This document shows positions 49,551 to 58,994 of a DNA stretch of 64,000 nt, piece after piece. Within the stretch, counting starts at the first letter, position 1. Each line of letters starts with the position of its first letter. Source of the DNA: Candidatus Kerfeldbacteria bacterium (lineage in GTDB: Bacteria > Patescibacteriota > Patescibacteriia > SBBC01 > CAIJZX01); contig CAIJZX010000014.1 of NCBI GenBank assembly GCA_903825245.1, positions 1,655 to 65,654 on the forward strand. Direction: 5' to 3'. A model generated the notes under the pieces. It saw only the letters and a program-made list of their open reading frames with translations. It did not search any database and was not told the DNA's origin. The position numbers and the translations under genes are program-made.

Positions 49551-52500
49551 TTAGGCTTCGACTTCTGGCGTCACCGGTTCGACGATCTCCGGTGTTTCTT
49601 CTTTCGGCGGCTCTTCAGCGATGAGCACATCCGGTGGAATTTCGTAAATGCGTTTCGGACGCTCCTCCTCTTCCGGGGCAATTTGCGCACCAATCAGATC
49701 AACCTCAAGACCAAGACCTTTCAATTCGCGCACCAAGACGTTGAATGACTCCGGCACATTGAGACGCTTGATTGGCTCGCCCTTGATCACCGATTCATAG
49801 GCCTTCGATCGTCCCGGGACATCGTCCGATTTGATGGTCAGAATTTCTTGCAGTGTTGAGGCCGCTCCGTACGCTTCTAATGCCCAGACTTCCATTTCGC
49901 CGAAACGTTGGCCGCCGAATTGGGCTTTTCCGCCGAGCGGCTGCTGCGTCACGAGTGAGTACGGACCGATCGAGCGTTGGTGGATCTTGTCTTCGACAAG
50001 GTGGTTCAGTTTCAAGACGTACATCACACCGACAGTCACCAGAAGATCGAACGGTTGTCCGGTGCGTCCATTGTACACCGTCATTTTACCGTCGCGCGGC
50101 AATCCGGCTTCAACCAAGAGATCTTTAATCTTCTCTTCCGGTACACCGTCGAGCACAGGCGAAGCGACGCGGAAACCGAGTCGTTTTGCCGCAATACCGA
50201 GGTGTGTTTCCAGAATCTGCCCCAGGTTCATACGGGAAGCCACGCCGAGCGGATTGAGAATAATATCAACCGGCGTTCCATCGGCGAGATACGGCATGTC
50301 TTCAACAGCCACAATACGGGAAATGACGCCTTTATTGCCGTGGCGACCGGCCATCTTGTCGCCGACTTGGATTTTCCGGAGCTGGGCGACGGAGATTTGG
50401 ATTTGCTTGATCACGCCGGCCGGCAACTTATCGCCCTTCTCTCGGGAGAAGACTTTGATGTCGACGACCTTGCCGTGCTCGCCGTGCTCTAAGTACAATG
50501 AGGAATCTTTAACGTCCTTCGCTTTATCGCCGAAAATCGCGCGGAGCAATTTTTCTTCGGCTGATAATTCCGTTTCACCTTTCGGTGTAATTTTTCCGAC
50601 CAAGATATCGCCAGAAGCGACTTGGGCGCCGATGCGCACCACGCCTTCTTCATCGAGATCTTTCAATTTCTCTTCGGAAATATTCGGAATATCGCGGGTC
50701 ACAACCTCCGGTCCAAGCTTCGTGTCGCGGACGTCGATTGTGTAATCTTCAATGTGGATCGAGGTGTAGCGATCTTGGTGGACGACGCGCTCAGAGATCA
50801 GAATAGCGTCTTCGTAGTTGCCGCCTTCCCAGGGGATAAAAGCCACCACCAAGTTTTGACCAAGAGCTAATTCACCGTTATCCGTCGCGGCGCCGTCAGC
50901 GAGTAGCGCTCCCCGCTCGATTTTCTGTCCCGGCATGACAACCGCTTTCTGGTTGATCGACGTTGAAGCATTTGAGCGGAAGAAGTTGCGGAGATGGTAA
51001 ATGCGGATATTGCCGTCTTCTTCTTGCACCTGTATTTCATTGGCCTGAACCTTGATCACCGTACCGGCCTTCTGCGACAGAATAACTTGGCCCGAATCAG
51101 CGGCCGCGCGTCCTTCAACGCCCGTACCGACGATTGGCGCATCCGGTTTGATGCAAGAAACCGCCTGTCGTTGCATGTTCGTTCCCATTAAAGCGCGAAC
51201 AGCATCATCGTGTTCGAGGAACGGGATCAACGAGGTAGCGATAGAAACAATTTGCTTTGGCGATACATCCATATAATCAATGGTCTCGACGCCGGCGATC
51301 GTTGGCTCACCGTGCAATCGGACTTCAGCCGTCGGTTTGAGGAAGTGGCCGTTATCATCAAGTTCTGTCGTAGCTGCCGTCGTGACAAAACGTTCTTCTG
51401 TAAAAGCGTCGAGATAAATAACATCTTTCGTCGATCGCGGCTTAACGGCAATCTTCGGGCGGTCAGTCGATTTCAAGAGTTTCGCTTGTGCGGCGGTAAT
51501 TTTTTCACCGGCCTTCACAATTGCGTCCATATCTTCACGTGCGATTTCTCCGACGGCCGCCTCACCATTGTTCGGCACATCGTGAACCACTTTTCGGAAC
51601 GGCGTTTCGATAAAACCGTAGTCATTAACCCGTGCGTAGCTGGACAAGTGTCCAACGAGACCGATATTCGGTCCTTCCGGCGTAGCGATCGGACAGATGC
51701 GGCCGTAGTGCGTGCGGTGCACGTCGCGAACATCGAATCCGGCGCGTTCGCGTGATAAACCGCCTGGACCCATGGCCGAGAGGCGGCGTTTGTGTTCGAG
51801 TTCGGCTAACGGATTCGTCTGGTCCATGAACTGCGACAATTGCGAGCTCATGAAAAATTCCTTGATCGAACCGATGACCGGTCGAGCATTGATCAGCTGG
51901 TTCGGTGTTAAGGTGTTGATGTCCAAGGTGGACATGCGATCCTTAATGATGCGCTCCATACGCGCTAAACCGACGCGGAATTTATTCTGAACGAGTTCGC
52001 CGATCGCACGGACGCGACGATTGCCGAGGTGGTCGATATCGTCCGGTTCGTGTTGCGAATTGTTCAGTCGGATAATTTCTTTGATGATTTCGATGAGGTC
52101 GCTCTTTTGCAAGACGCGATATTCCGGTGTATTCGGGAAATCAAAATTGAATCGGGTGTTCAACTTGTAGCGACCGACGCGACCGAAATCGTAACGATCG
52201 AAAGAGAAGAACATTTTGTGAATGAGATCACGAGCATTGTCGACCGTAGCGAGATCGCCCGGACGAATACGCTTGTAGACTTCTTTCAAACCTTCGGCTT
52301 CATCGTGCGAGGTGTCCTTGGCAATCGTCGCTTCGAAATACTTCATCTTCGGATTAATATCGACATCTTTGAAGAGGTCGAAAATTTCCGCATCTGTCGC
52401 GTACCCGAATGCCCGGAGGAAAGCAGAGATGGCGACTTTGCGTTTGCGGTCAATCTTCACTGAAATCACGCCGTTGACGTCTGTTTCTAATTCCAGCCAA

Positions 52501-52991
52501 GCGCCGCGGTTCGGAATAATCTTCGCCCCGTAGTAACGGCGACCGCGAACTGCTTCCGCGGTAAAAAACACGCCCGCGGAGCGGATGAGCTGTGAAACAA
52601 CGACGCGTTCGATGCCGTTGACGATAAACGTCCCGCGATCCGTCATCAACGGAAAATCGCCGAGGTAGATTTCTTGTTCTTTAATTTCTCCGGTTTTCTT
52701 GTTGACCAAGCGGACTTGTACCCGCAGCGCCGCTTCGTAGGTCACATTTTTCGCCTTGGCTGCCACTTCGTCGAACTTCGGTTCGTCGAGGTAGTAGTCG
52801 AGGAACGATAACTCCAGGTCGCGTCCGATAAAATCCCGCACTGGCGAGATTTCTTCGAACAACTCCTTTAAACCATCGCGGAAAAACCAGTCGTAGCTTC
52901 GTTGTTGAATCTCAATGAGATTCGGCAACGGCGTTGCCTCATGCAACTTCGTAAAGTACTTCCGCTCGGCCTGTAACATTTGGTCAGACAT
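49551..52991 (-). CDS. rpoB: RNA polymerase beta subunit
   Basis: SQFMDQTNPL, GDKMAGRHGNKG, GGQRFGEMEVWALEAYG. Confidence 0.99.
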   Translation of the reverse strand: MSDQMLQAERKYFTKLHEATPLPNLIEIQQRSYDWFFRDGLKELFEEISPVRDFIGRDLELSFLDYYLDEPKFDEVAAKAKNVTYEAALRVQVRLVNKKTGEIKEQEIYLGDFPLMTDRGTFIVNGIERVVVSQLIRSAGVFFTAEAVRGRRYYGAKIIPNRGAWLELETDVNGVISVKIDRKRKVAISAFLRAFGYATDAEIFDLFKDVDINPKMKYFEATIAKDTSHDEAEGLKEVYKRIRPGDLATVDNARDLIHKMFFSFDRYDFGRVGRYKLNTRFNFDFPNTPEYRVLQKSDLIEIIKEIIRLNNSQHEPDDIDHLGNRRVRAIGELVQNKFRVGLARMERIIKDRMSTLDINTLTPNQLINARPVIGSIKEFFMSSQLSQFMDQTNPLAELEHKRRLSAMGPGGLSRERAGFDVRDVHRTHYGRICPIATPEGPNIGLVGHLSSYARVNDYGFIETPFRKVVHDVPNNGEAAVGEIAREDMDAIVKAGEKITAAQAKLLKSTDRPKIAVKPRSTKDVIYLDAFTEERFVTTAATTELDDNGHFLKPTAEVRLHGEPTIAGVETIDYMDVSPKQIVSIATSLIPFLEHDDAVRALMGTNMQRQAVSCIKPDAPIVGTGVEGRAAADSGQVILSQKAGTVIKVQANEIQVQEEDGNIRIYHLRNFFRSNASTSINQKAVVMPGQKIERGALLADGAATDNGELALGQNLVVAFIPWEGGNYEDAILISERVVHQDRYTSIHIEDYTIDVRDTKLGPEVVTRDIPNISEEKLKDLDEEGVVRIGAQVASGDILVGKITPKGETELSAEEKLLRAIFGDKAKDVKDSSLYLEHGEHGKVVDIKVFSREKGDKLPAGVIKQIQISVAQLRKIQVGDKMAGRHGNKGVISRIVAVEDMPYLADGTPVDIILNPLGVASRMNLGQILETHLGIAAKRLGFRVASPVLDGVPEEKIKDLLVEAGLPRDGKMTVYNGRTGQPFDLLVTVGVMYVLKLNHLVEDKIHQRSIGPYSLVTQQPLGGKAQFGGQRFGEMEVWALEAYGAASTLQEILTIKSDDVPGRSKAYESVIKGEPIKRLNVPESFNVLVRELKGLGLEVDLIGAQIAPEEEERPKRIYEIPPDVLIAEEPPKEETPEIVEPVTPEVEA

Positions 52992-53121
52992 GAAAATACC
53001 CCCATCCTCTCTCGGGCAAGAGAGGGGTTAATGTTGTTGAGATCTCGCCCCGCACCAGAGGCGTGTAGCGCTCAAAGGCGCTGAATATATGCTCAAAATA
53101 TAACTCAAAATACGCTTGATG

Positions 53122-53150
53122 AGGATACCAACATTTGACGTCTCTGTCAA
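53122..53150 (-). promoter_or_regulatory. rpoB promoter
   Basis: TTGACA-17nt-TATCCT on the minus strand. Confidence 0.65.
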
Positions 53151-53272
53151 GGATATTTGGGTTTTTCTGTCAAGTGCCTATTTTTTGGCTAACCTTAGCC
53201 ACGAAAACGTCTTTTCCCTAATCTTAGCCAAAAAATATCCCCATACTCTTCCCGAAGTTATCCACAGTTCAC

Positions 53273-53803
53273 CTACTTCTGACGGCTAATATAATTCTGT
53301 CGATCGAGGATTGCAGTTGTTACCCTTACCCGATCAAGAAACACCTTCCCCTGCAGATGGTCAAATTCATGTTGAATCACCCGTGCCAGCAAGCCCTTCG
53401 CCTCGAGAATAAATACCTCCCCATATTCATTGAGAGCCTCAATAGTTACCATGTTAGGCCGTTGTACAGGTGCAAACAACTGAGCATCTGCTACGCTTCC
53501 GCAACCCTCGTAATCGGTTTCCTGTTTTTTTGAGACATGAATAATGCGAGGATTAATGAAAACGCGTAGATGATCAAGTTGTTTTGGATTCTTGCGGGTT
53601 TCGGTTTTTCGAATTTCCGTTACAAAAATCTGCGCGCTAATGCCAATTTGCGGTGCGGCCATGCCCACAAGTTGATGATAACGCATTGAATCAATCAAAT
53701 CACGGACCATCTTTTTTGTTTTTACTGATTGCACATCTTTCACACGCAAAGCTTTTTTGCGAATTACCGGTTCACCGATTTGTGATGTATGGCGGATGAT
53801 CAT
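53273..53803 (-). CDS. def: Peptide deformylase
   Basis: GMAAPQIG, EGCGS, QHEFDHLQG. Confidence 0.95.
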   Translation of the reverse strand: MIIRHTSQIGEPVIRKKALRVKDVQSVKTKKMVRDLIDSMRYHQLVGMAAPQIGISAQIFVTEIRKTETRKNPKQLDHLRVFINPRIIHVSKKQETDYEGCGSVADAQLFAPVQRPNMVTIEALNEYGEVFILEAKGLLARVIQHEFDHLQGKVFLDRVRVTTAILDRQNYISRQK

Positions 53804-54345
53804 TTAGTTTTCTTTACTTTCAGTATGCCGAGTTTCAGTAATCCCCGATATACCGTTCTTGAATCCACTACTGCACCCTGCTGAATCATCTGCAAGAATT
53901 TCTTCATCGGTACCACCACAACTTCAATTAATTCAAACCGATCGTGTTTCGGTGGTTGCACAAATATTGCATCAGTCACAAGGTGGTGATACCACCACCC
54001 TTCAGACCAGGCATCGCTGTGACCTTTCCCCAACGGTTGCACGCGGCCGCGATAGCCGGTTTCTTCGAGAACCTCGCGCGCAACAGCTGATCGCGGTTTT
54101 TCACCTGATTCAATTGCTCCGCCGGGAACTTCTAACAGCATCCGCTCAATACCCGGACGGAATTGCTTCACCAGCACCACCCGCTTGTCTGTTGTTACCA
54201 CCAAGGCGCTAACAATATCGGGCGTATTATTGGTGTAAAAATCGCCAACCACGCCGGTCGGCAAACGAAACCGTTTCTTTCTGAGCGAACGGTAACGATT
54301 GATCGTGATTCTTTTATCACTCAGTTTTTTCCAAGCGAGGGTCAT
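53800..54345 (-). CDS. Nudix hydrolase (ADP-ribose pyrophosphatase-like)
   Basis: KQFRP, EVPGGAIESGE...AREVLEETGY. Confidence 0.92.
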   Translation of the reverse strand: MTLAWKKLSDKRITINRYRSLRKKRFRLPTGVVGDFYTNNTPDIVSALVVTTDKRVVLVKQFRPGIERMLLEVPGGAIESGEKPRSAVAREVLEETGYRGRVQPLGKGHSDAWSEGWWYHHLVTDAIFVQPPKHDRFELIEVVVVPMKKFLQMIQQGAVVDSRTVYRGLLKLGILKVKKTK

Positions 54346-55085
54346 GTTTTTCGAACAAATACATCCTCCGTAATTCCTAGCTTCTTTACTAACATCCGAG
54401 CCTTCTTCTCCCCGCCGACATACTCAAACACTTTTTGTACATTGCGATCAAACCGCCAATGTTCTAATGTTGATAATCGTTTCACGAGTAACGGGATGTC
54501 TTTCTTATTCGGCGGTTGAAAACCGATCGACATAAAGCGCAAACAGGCAAACAACGTGGCCGGGTGGCCTAAGTAGCCAACCTTTGTTAACCGTAGCTGC
54601 CGTTTTTTCAGATCCTGCTGTGCACCGGGCAAAGCAATAACGTACGGCGAAACGCGCTTCGCAAGATAGTTTTCCAGCGGGATAGCAAAACCGTTGATCG
54701 TGAACGCGGCGTTCTTCAGCAGATTGCGTTGCACGCTTTTATCTGTGCTAGCGTGGATATCCAACACGAAATAATCACGAATCGATTGTGGGTCCGTGAT
54801 GCGCTTCTTTTTTAAGACCAATTGGTTTTTTCTCCGAATTTTTCCAAACACAAATCCGCTTTTTCGTAAGGCGGCAACATACGTCTTGAAATCACCTATT
54901 ACCAGCAAATCGTAATCTCGTTGCGGCAACGCCTTATGAAATAATTCAAAATATAATGCATTGCGTATTGCTCCGCCAATAACATACACGCTTGTTCCTT
55001 TTGGAATAGCCGAAATAATCTCCTGTAAAAAATCAGTGGTCTTGCCCGACCTGGTAAATTTTCTAGCGTTACTACTTTTGTTCAT
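54342..55085 (-). CDS. Short CCA/poly(A)-polymerase-like nucleotidyltransferase with altered motifs
   Basis: VYVIGGAIRN, RDYDLLV, FTING, GAQQDLKKRQLR. Confidence 0.7.
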   Translation of the reverse strand: MNKSSNARKFTRSGKTTDFLQEIISAIPKGTSVYVIGGAIRNALYFELFHKALPQRDYDLLVIGDFKTYVAALRKSGFVFGKIRRKNQLVLKKKRITDPQSIRDYFVLDIHASTDKSVQRNLLKNAAFTINGFAIPLENYLAKRVSPYVIALPGAQQDLKKRQLRLTKVGYLGHPATLFACLRFMSIGFQPPNKKDIPLLVKRLSTLEHWRFDRNVQKVFEYVGGEKKARMLVKKLGITEDVFVRKT

Positions 55086-56404
55086 GAACCGCGTAAGAAG
55101 TTTGTTACCGTCTGTGCATCGTTCCACTCCACCTGTTTCCCCTTGACCATCATCGATGTTTCCGAGCCCATGCCCGTTACCGCCACGACGTCGCCGGATT
55201 GAGCAATGTTCGTGGCTTTCTTAATTGCTTCGCCGCGATCGAGGATGATTTCGACTTTGTGCTTATCGGCATCCGGCACGCCAGCCGCGATTGCCGCGGC
55301 AATCGCGGCTGGATCCTCATCATACGGATCGTCGGCGGTCAGGATTATTTTGTCGCAGTACTGCGCAGCAATCCTACCAAGTTCCGGTCGTTTCCAGAGG
55401 TCGCGTCCGCCGCCAGCCGCACCGAAGACGCCGATAATTCTTTTTACGCCTTGCTGTTGCAATGATCGATACAGGTGCTCTAACGCGTTTGGTGTTAAAG
55501 CATAATCAACAACCGCCTTCCATCCTTTGCCGGAATCAATTACTTCACCACGACCAGGAATCGGTTGCGCTTTCGCTAATCCGGAAATAATCACCGGCCA
55601 TTCGAGTCCAAGTACTAATCCGACGGCAATGGCTTGCAGGGCATTTTGCACGTTGTACTCGCCGGCCATCGGCAAACTGATGTTGTGGCCGTTGACGACG
55701 AACAGCGATCCAGTAGCGCCACTATCTATCGATGTCGGCGCAATCACCACGGCTTTTTCCTGGCGAACGGCGACCGGCGGATGCGGTTGAAGACTCGTAC
55801 CATAATGCGCTTCCGCCCAAAATTTCAAGAAATATTCGTGCGCCGGGTCATCAAGATTCACAACCGTTGCCTTCGGAATTGCTTTACCGTTCACATTTTT
55901 ATCACCGCCGCGAATTATCGCCTGAAACAGTTGACCTTTCGCTTTTTTGTACACTTCGAATGATCCGTGCGATTCAATGTGCTCCGGCGTCAGATTGGTA
56001 ATGACGGCCACATCAATATCAATACCGGCGTGGCGGTACTGCGCTAACCCTTCTGACGACATTTCGATCACCGCGTACTGACAGCCGGCGGTTACCATCC
56101 GGCGCAGCAGTATCTGCAACGCAAAGCGCCCCGGCATCGTCAGGTGCGTTTCATTGAGCCAGCGCTCCTGGGCAACTTGAAAAACCGCCGATGTTGAAAG
56201 GCCGACCTTAGCGCCGCTGGCGCCCAGTACGTCGGCAATCAACGAAGCCGTAGTTGTTTTTCCGTCCGTACCAGTCACACCAATAACGACCAAATGGCGT
56301 GATGGTCGCCCAAACCACAGGTTAGCGATGATGCTGACTAGGTGATGGTAGTGTTGCCGCGCCGCAGTCGGAGCGAAGCGTTTCAAACGACCAAAAAGCG
56401 TCAT
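55082..56404 (-). CDS. murE: UDP-N-acetylmuramyl-tripeptide synthetase
   Basis: GVTGTDGKTTT, EMSSEG, TNLTPEHIE, VDYA, GGGRD...KRP. Confidence 0.9.
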   Translation of the reverse strand: MTLFGRLKRFAPTAARQHYHHLVSIIANLWFGRPSRHLVVIGVTGTDGKTTTASLIADVLGASGAKVGLSTSAVFQVAQERWLNETHLTMPGRFALQILLRRMVTAGCQYAVIEMSSEGLAQYRHAGIDIDVAVITNLTPEHIESHGSFEVYKKAKGQLFQAIIRGGDKNVNGKAIPKATVVNLDDPAHEYFLKFWAEAHYGTSLQPHPPVAVRQEKAVVIAPTSIDSGATGSLFVVNGHNISLPMAGEYNVQNALQAIAVGLVLGLEWPVIISGLAKAQPIPGRGEVIDSGKGWKAVVDYALTPNALEHLYRSLQQQGVKRIIGVFGAAGGGRDLWKRPELGRIAAQYCDKIILTADDPYDEDPAAIAAAIAAGVPDADKHKVEIILDRGEAIKKATNIAQSGDVVAVTGMGSETSMMVKGKQVEWNDAQTVTNFLRGS

Positions 56405-56408
56405 AATA

Positions 56409-56663
56409 TTAAGCCAGCGACTCCGGCGTTACCTCCTGAACCTCGCTTAGTTCGATGGTAAACGAAAAATCTTTATTGCGGGTGATATGGTATTGCTGTT
56501 CCTGAAAGACAAACGTGGCGAGTCCGAACCGTTTGGCATTATAAAATAATCCCTCAACCACATCGTGATCCGAGTTCTTTAAATAATTAATGACATCCTT
56601 ATCACCAATGACCTGATGAACGTTGATAAGCTCGTGCCGTCTTTTGTCCCGTTCGAGTGCCAT
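56409..56663 (-). CDS. Small hypothetical protein (putative paralog 3 of trio)
   Basis: ORF starting MALERDKRRH behind a TGG-TACCAT -10. Confidence 0.65.
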   Translation of the reverse strand: MALERDKRRHELINVHQVIGDKDVINYLKNSDHDVVEGLFYNAKRFGLATFVFQEQQYHITRNKDFSFTIELSEVQEVTPESLA

Positions 56664-56719
56664 AATACTCGTATGGTACCAAAAAATGCCCGCGCTGGCC
56701 AGCCGCACCAGGCAGCGGA

Positions 56720-56953
56720 TTATAGCGCTGAACGATGCTCGTCGCTATAGCGAACAAGTGTTAGCGTATGATCTGATTGCCGATGTAACATATACATCTT
56801 GCCGTCCAATGTGACTAACGACTGTCCGTTGTTCTGTGCCTCAGTCGCGTGGCGGCGAATTTCTTCCGGCGGCATTCGGCGAAGCATTTTCGCCTGATCA
56901 GGATGCGCCACGACGACAAATCCGTAAATGATGTGGCGTTTAGAGCCAGCCAT
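56720..56953 (-). CDS. Small hypothetical protein (putative paralog 2 of trio)
   Basis: ORF starting MAGSKRH; overlaps the upstream ORF end. Confidence 0.6.
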   Translation of the reverse strand: MAGSKRHIIYGFVVVAHPDQAKMLRRMPPEEIRRHATEAQNNGQSLVTLDGKMYMLHRQSDHTLTLVRYSDEHRSAL

Positions 56954-57185
56954 GGGAAGCATTAGTGGCCACGACGACGAAGGCGCCATTCTCGCCGTCG
57001 GTTAAAGTAAACTTCCGGTGATCTTTGTCTTCAAATTCAACTTCCTTTTCTGATTCCGCCTGTTTGAATAATTCCAACACCTCGTCTTCGCTCATTTCAT
57101 AGGCTAAGTGCTTCACGCCATGAAAAGCGCGATCGTCATCGCAGGTGACGCGATGGCCATGAATCGTAAGGATGTGGTTGCCCAT
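56940..57185 (-). CDS. Small hypothetical protein (putative paralog 1 of trio)
   Basis: 81 aa ORF behind a TGG-TACACT -10. Confidence 0.7.
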   Translation of the reverse strand: MGNHILTIHGHRVTCDDDRAFHGVKHLAYEMSEDEVLELFKQAESEKEVEFEDKDHRKFTLTDGENGAFVVVATNASHGWL

Positions 57186-57277
57186 AGTTTTCGTAGGTTA
57201 ATACCTACTGGCAGTGTACCACCATTAGCAATAAAACGCACAAAAATAAGAGCCGTTGATGTGATCGCGGGCAAGGG

Positions 57278-57380
57278 GGTGTAAGTAGTGGTGGAGAGGG
57301 AGCGGTGAGGCAAAGGGTTGAAATCGGGTTGATTTCGGAACTCACTTTGCTTTACGCATCGACCTGTCCTTACTTACATC
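57278..57380. ncRNA. Candidate structured non-coding RNA (about 100 nt rod)
   Basis: GGTGTAAGTAG/TTACTTACATC, GTGAGGCAAAG/CTTTGCTTTAC, GAAATC/GATTTC; abuts a TTGACA-17nt-TATACT promoter on the minus strand (57384-57412). Confidence 0.5.
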
Positions 57381-57531
57381 AGAAGTATAAACCCATGATC
57401 GTGTTCTGTCAAGGAGTGTTTTTAAAGGGAAAAATATATCTTTTATCAGATACATATATTCCCTGAAATAGTTATCCCCACAACCAAATTTCCCTACAGG
57501 GTCAGGCTATCGTTCGACGTTGCAAGGGGTT

Positions 57532-58131
57532 TTATTTACTCATAGCCAATAACCGCCGGTACACCTCGACCTCGTACCGAGCCCCGACAATCCCCCGATG
57601 CGGTTTCGGTTCTTCTTCGAGACCAAGATGTTTTCCGACGCTCGACAACGACAATTTCGTAATTGCGCCCTTTCGAAAATCTTCCAATAGCACATGGCGC
57701 GCCATAGTCATTAAATCAAACCAATGATAGTCGCCTGACCACGTCAATGCGTGCGCTTGGTAATAGTCGGACAACCATTTGAATTCAAATGCGACGTTGT
57801 ACGCCCACGGACTACACCCGGCACAAAACGTATTGAGTTTTGTAAGTGCCTCCTGAACGGGCACGGCGTCACGCCATTCATTAAACGTAAATCCGGTGTA
57901 CCGATGATACGATAGTTCTTCTTCCGATCGTTGCTTCGGATTACTCACAAAAAATTTCTGATTGAGTTCGTCGATAATACTGCCGTCGATCGGGTTTATT
58001 TTCACTACTCCAGTTTCGCAAATTTCTCCGCCTTCGGCCAGACTGTCGCCGGTTGTTTCAATGTCGATAAACACCATCGGCAACGAAAAGAATCCTTCTG
58101 TGCCATTACTGCGATTCGGCGACATGCCCAT
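57532..58131 (-). CDS. DEDDh 3'-5' exonuclease
   Basis: FIDIETTG, AYNVAFE, FDLM, PHRGIVGA. Confidence 0.85.
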   Translation of the reverse strand: MGMSPNRSNGTEGFFSLPMVFIDIETTGDSLAEGGEICETGVVKINPIDGSIIDELNQKFFVSNPKQRSEEELSYHRYTGFTFNEWRDAVPVQEALTKLNTFCAGCSPWAYNVAFEFKWLSDYYQAHALTWSGDYHWFDLMTMARHVLLEDFRKGAITKLSLSSVGKHLGLEEEPKPHRGIVGARYEVEVYRRLLAMSK

Positions 58132-58136
58132 AATCG

Positions 58137-58844
58137 TTATTTCTGTACCGTCGAGAGCGCTGCCTCAATCTTCGGAATGTCGGTTGGTGCAGTCAGGTCG
58201 AGCCATCGATCTTGAAGGTCAACCACGTCTAATTGTTCTCGTGCGGCCACAATATTTATAGCGTCAGTGATTTCAAATTCTCCGCGTGGTGAAGGCTGAA
58301 GTTTTTCGATGATCGGAAAAATGGCCGGCGTGAATTGGTAAAGGCTGGCATTAATGTGATCACCGACAAACTCCGCCGGCTTTTCGATAATCCGATCCAA
58401 CGTGCCATCGGGTTTCTGTTTGAGAATGCCCATTCCCTGCCATTGCGGCGTTCGGTAACCGCCGATTTTCATGTGGCCGGTATATTGCGCCATATTCTTC
58501 AGATCATTCGCGCTATACAAATTATCACCAGCGATAACCACAAACGGTTTGTCGTTGACCGCGATTTTTACATTCTCCACCGCCGCCGCCGTACCATAGC
58601 GTTCATGGTATCGTTGTTGAATAACCAAACGAATGTCCGGAACCGTGTTATAGCATTCAAAGGCTTCACTGTGGTGGCCGATCAGAATGATGATATCGGT
58701 AAACCCGGCCGTGCGGAGACGCTCAATCGTATAATCTAAAAATGGCCGACCAAGCACCGGCAATAAATGCTTGGGCTTATCTTTCGTTAAATCTTTCATT
58801 CTTGAGCCGCGCCCGGCGGCCATGATAACAACGGTAGTAACCAT
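58137..58844 (-). CDS. Sugar-phosphate nucleotidyltransferase
   Basis: IMAAGRGSRM...PKHLLPV, GDNL, IIEKP, SPRGEFEITDA. Confidence 0.92.
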   Translation of the reverse strand: MVTTVVIMAAGRGSRMKDLTKDKPKHLLPVLGRPFLDYTIERLRTAGFTDIIILIGHHSEAFECYNTVPDIRLVIQQRYHERYGTAAAVENVKIAVNDKPFVVIAGDNLYSANDLKNMAQYTGHMKIGGYRTPQWQGMGILKQKPDGTLDRIIEKPAEFVGDHINASLYQFTPAIFPIIEKLQPSPRGEFEITDAINIVAAREQLDVVDLQDRWLDLTAPTDIPKIEAALSTVQK

Positions 58845-58878
58845 TGGTGAGGAAATAGTGATAGTGTTCCGTAACAAG

Positions 58879-58953
58879 TGGTGCCCCCCAGAGGAATCGA
58901 ACCTCTATTGCGAGATCCGGAATCTCGTGTCCTATCCGTTGAACGAGGGAGGC
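58879..58953 (-). tRNA. tRNA-Arg(CCG)
   Basis: GCCTCCC/GGGGGGC acceptor, CGAGA-TTCCGGA-TCTCG anticodon arm, GGTTCGATTCC, encoded CCA. Confidence 0.95.
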
Positions 58954-58994
58954 CTCATCTGCTGTGGAACGGTAGTAGCCTAGCAGGTGTGACC

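Noticed and set aside
45739-52533. Many long plus-strand ORFs
   Set aside because: Antisense shadows of rpoC and rpoB.
53235-53266. Replication origin from DnaA boxes
   Set aside because: Only one perfect TTATCCACA plus isolated near-matches (53235, 57472, 32669); no dense cluster and no dnaA/dnaN nearby.
57275-57310. MraZ-binding GTGG repeats
   Set aside because: Spacing is not the regular 10 bp period and mraZ is not adjacent.
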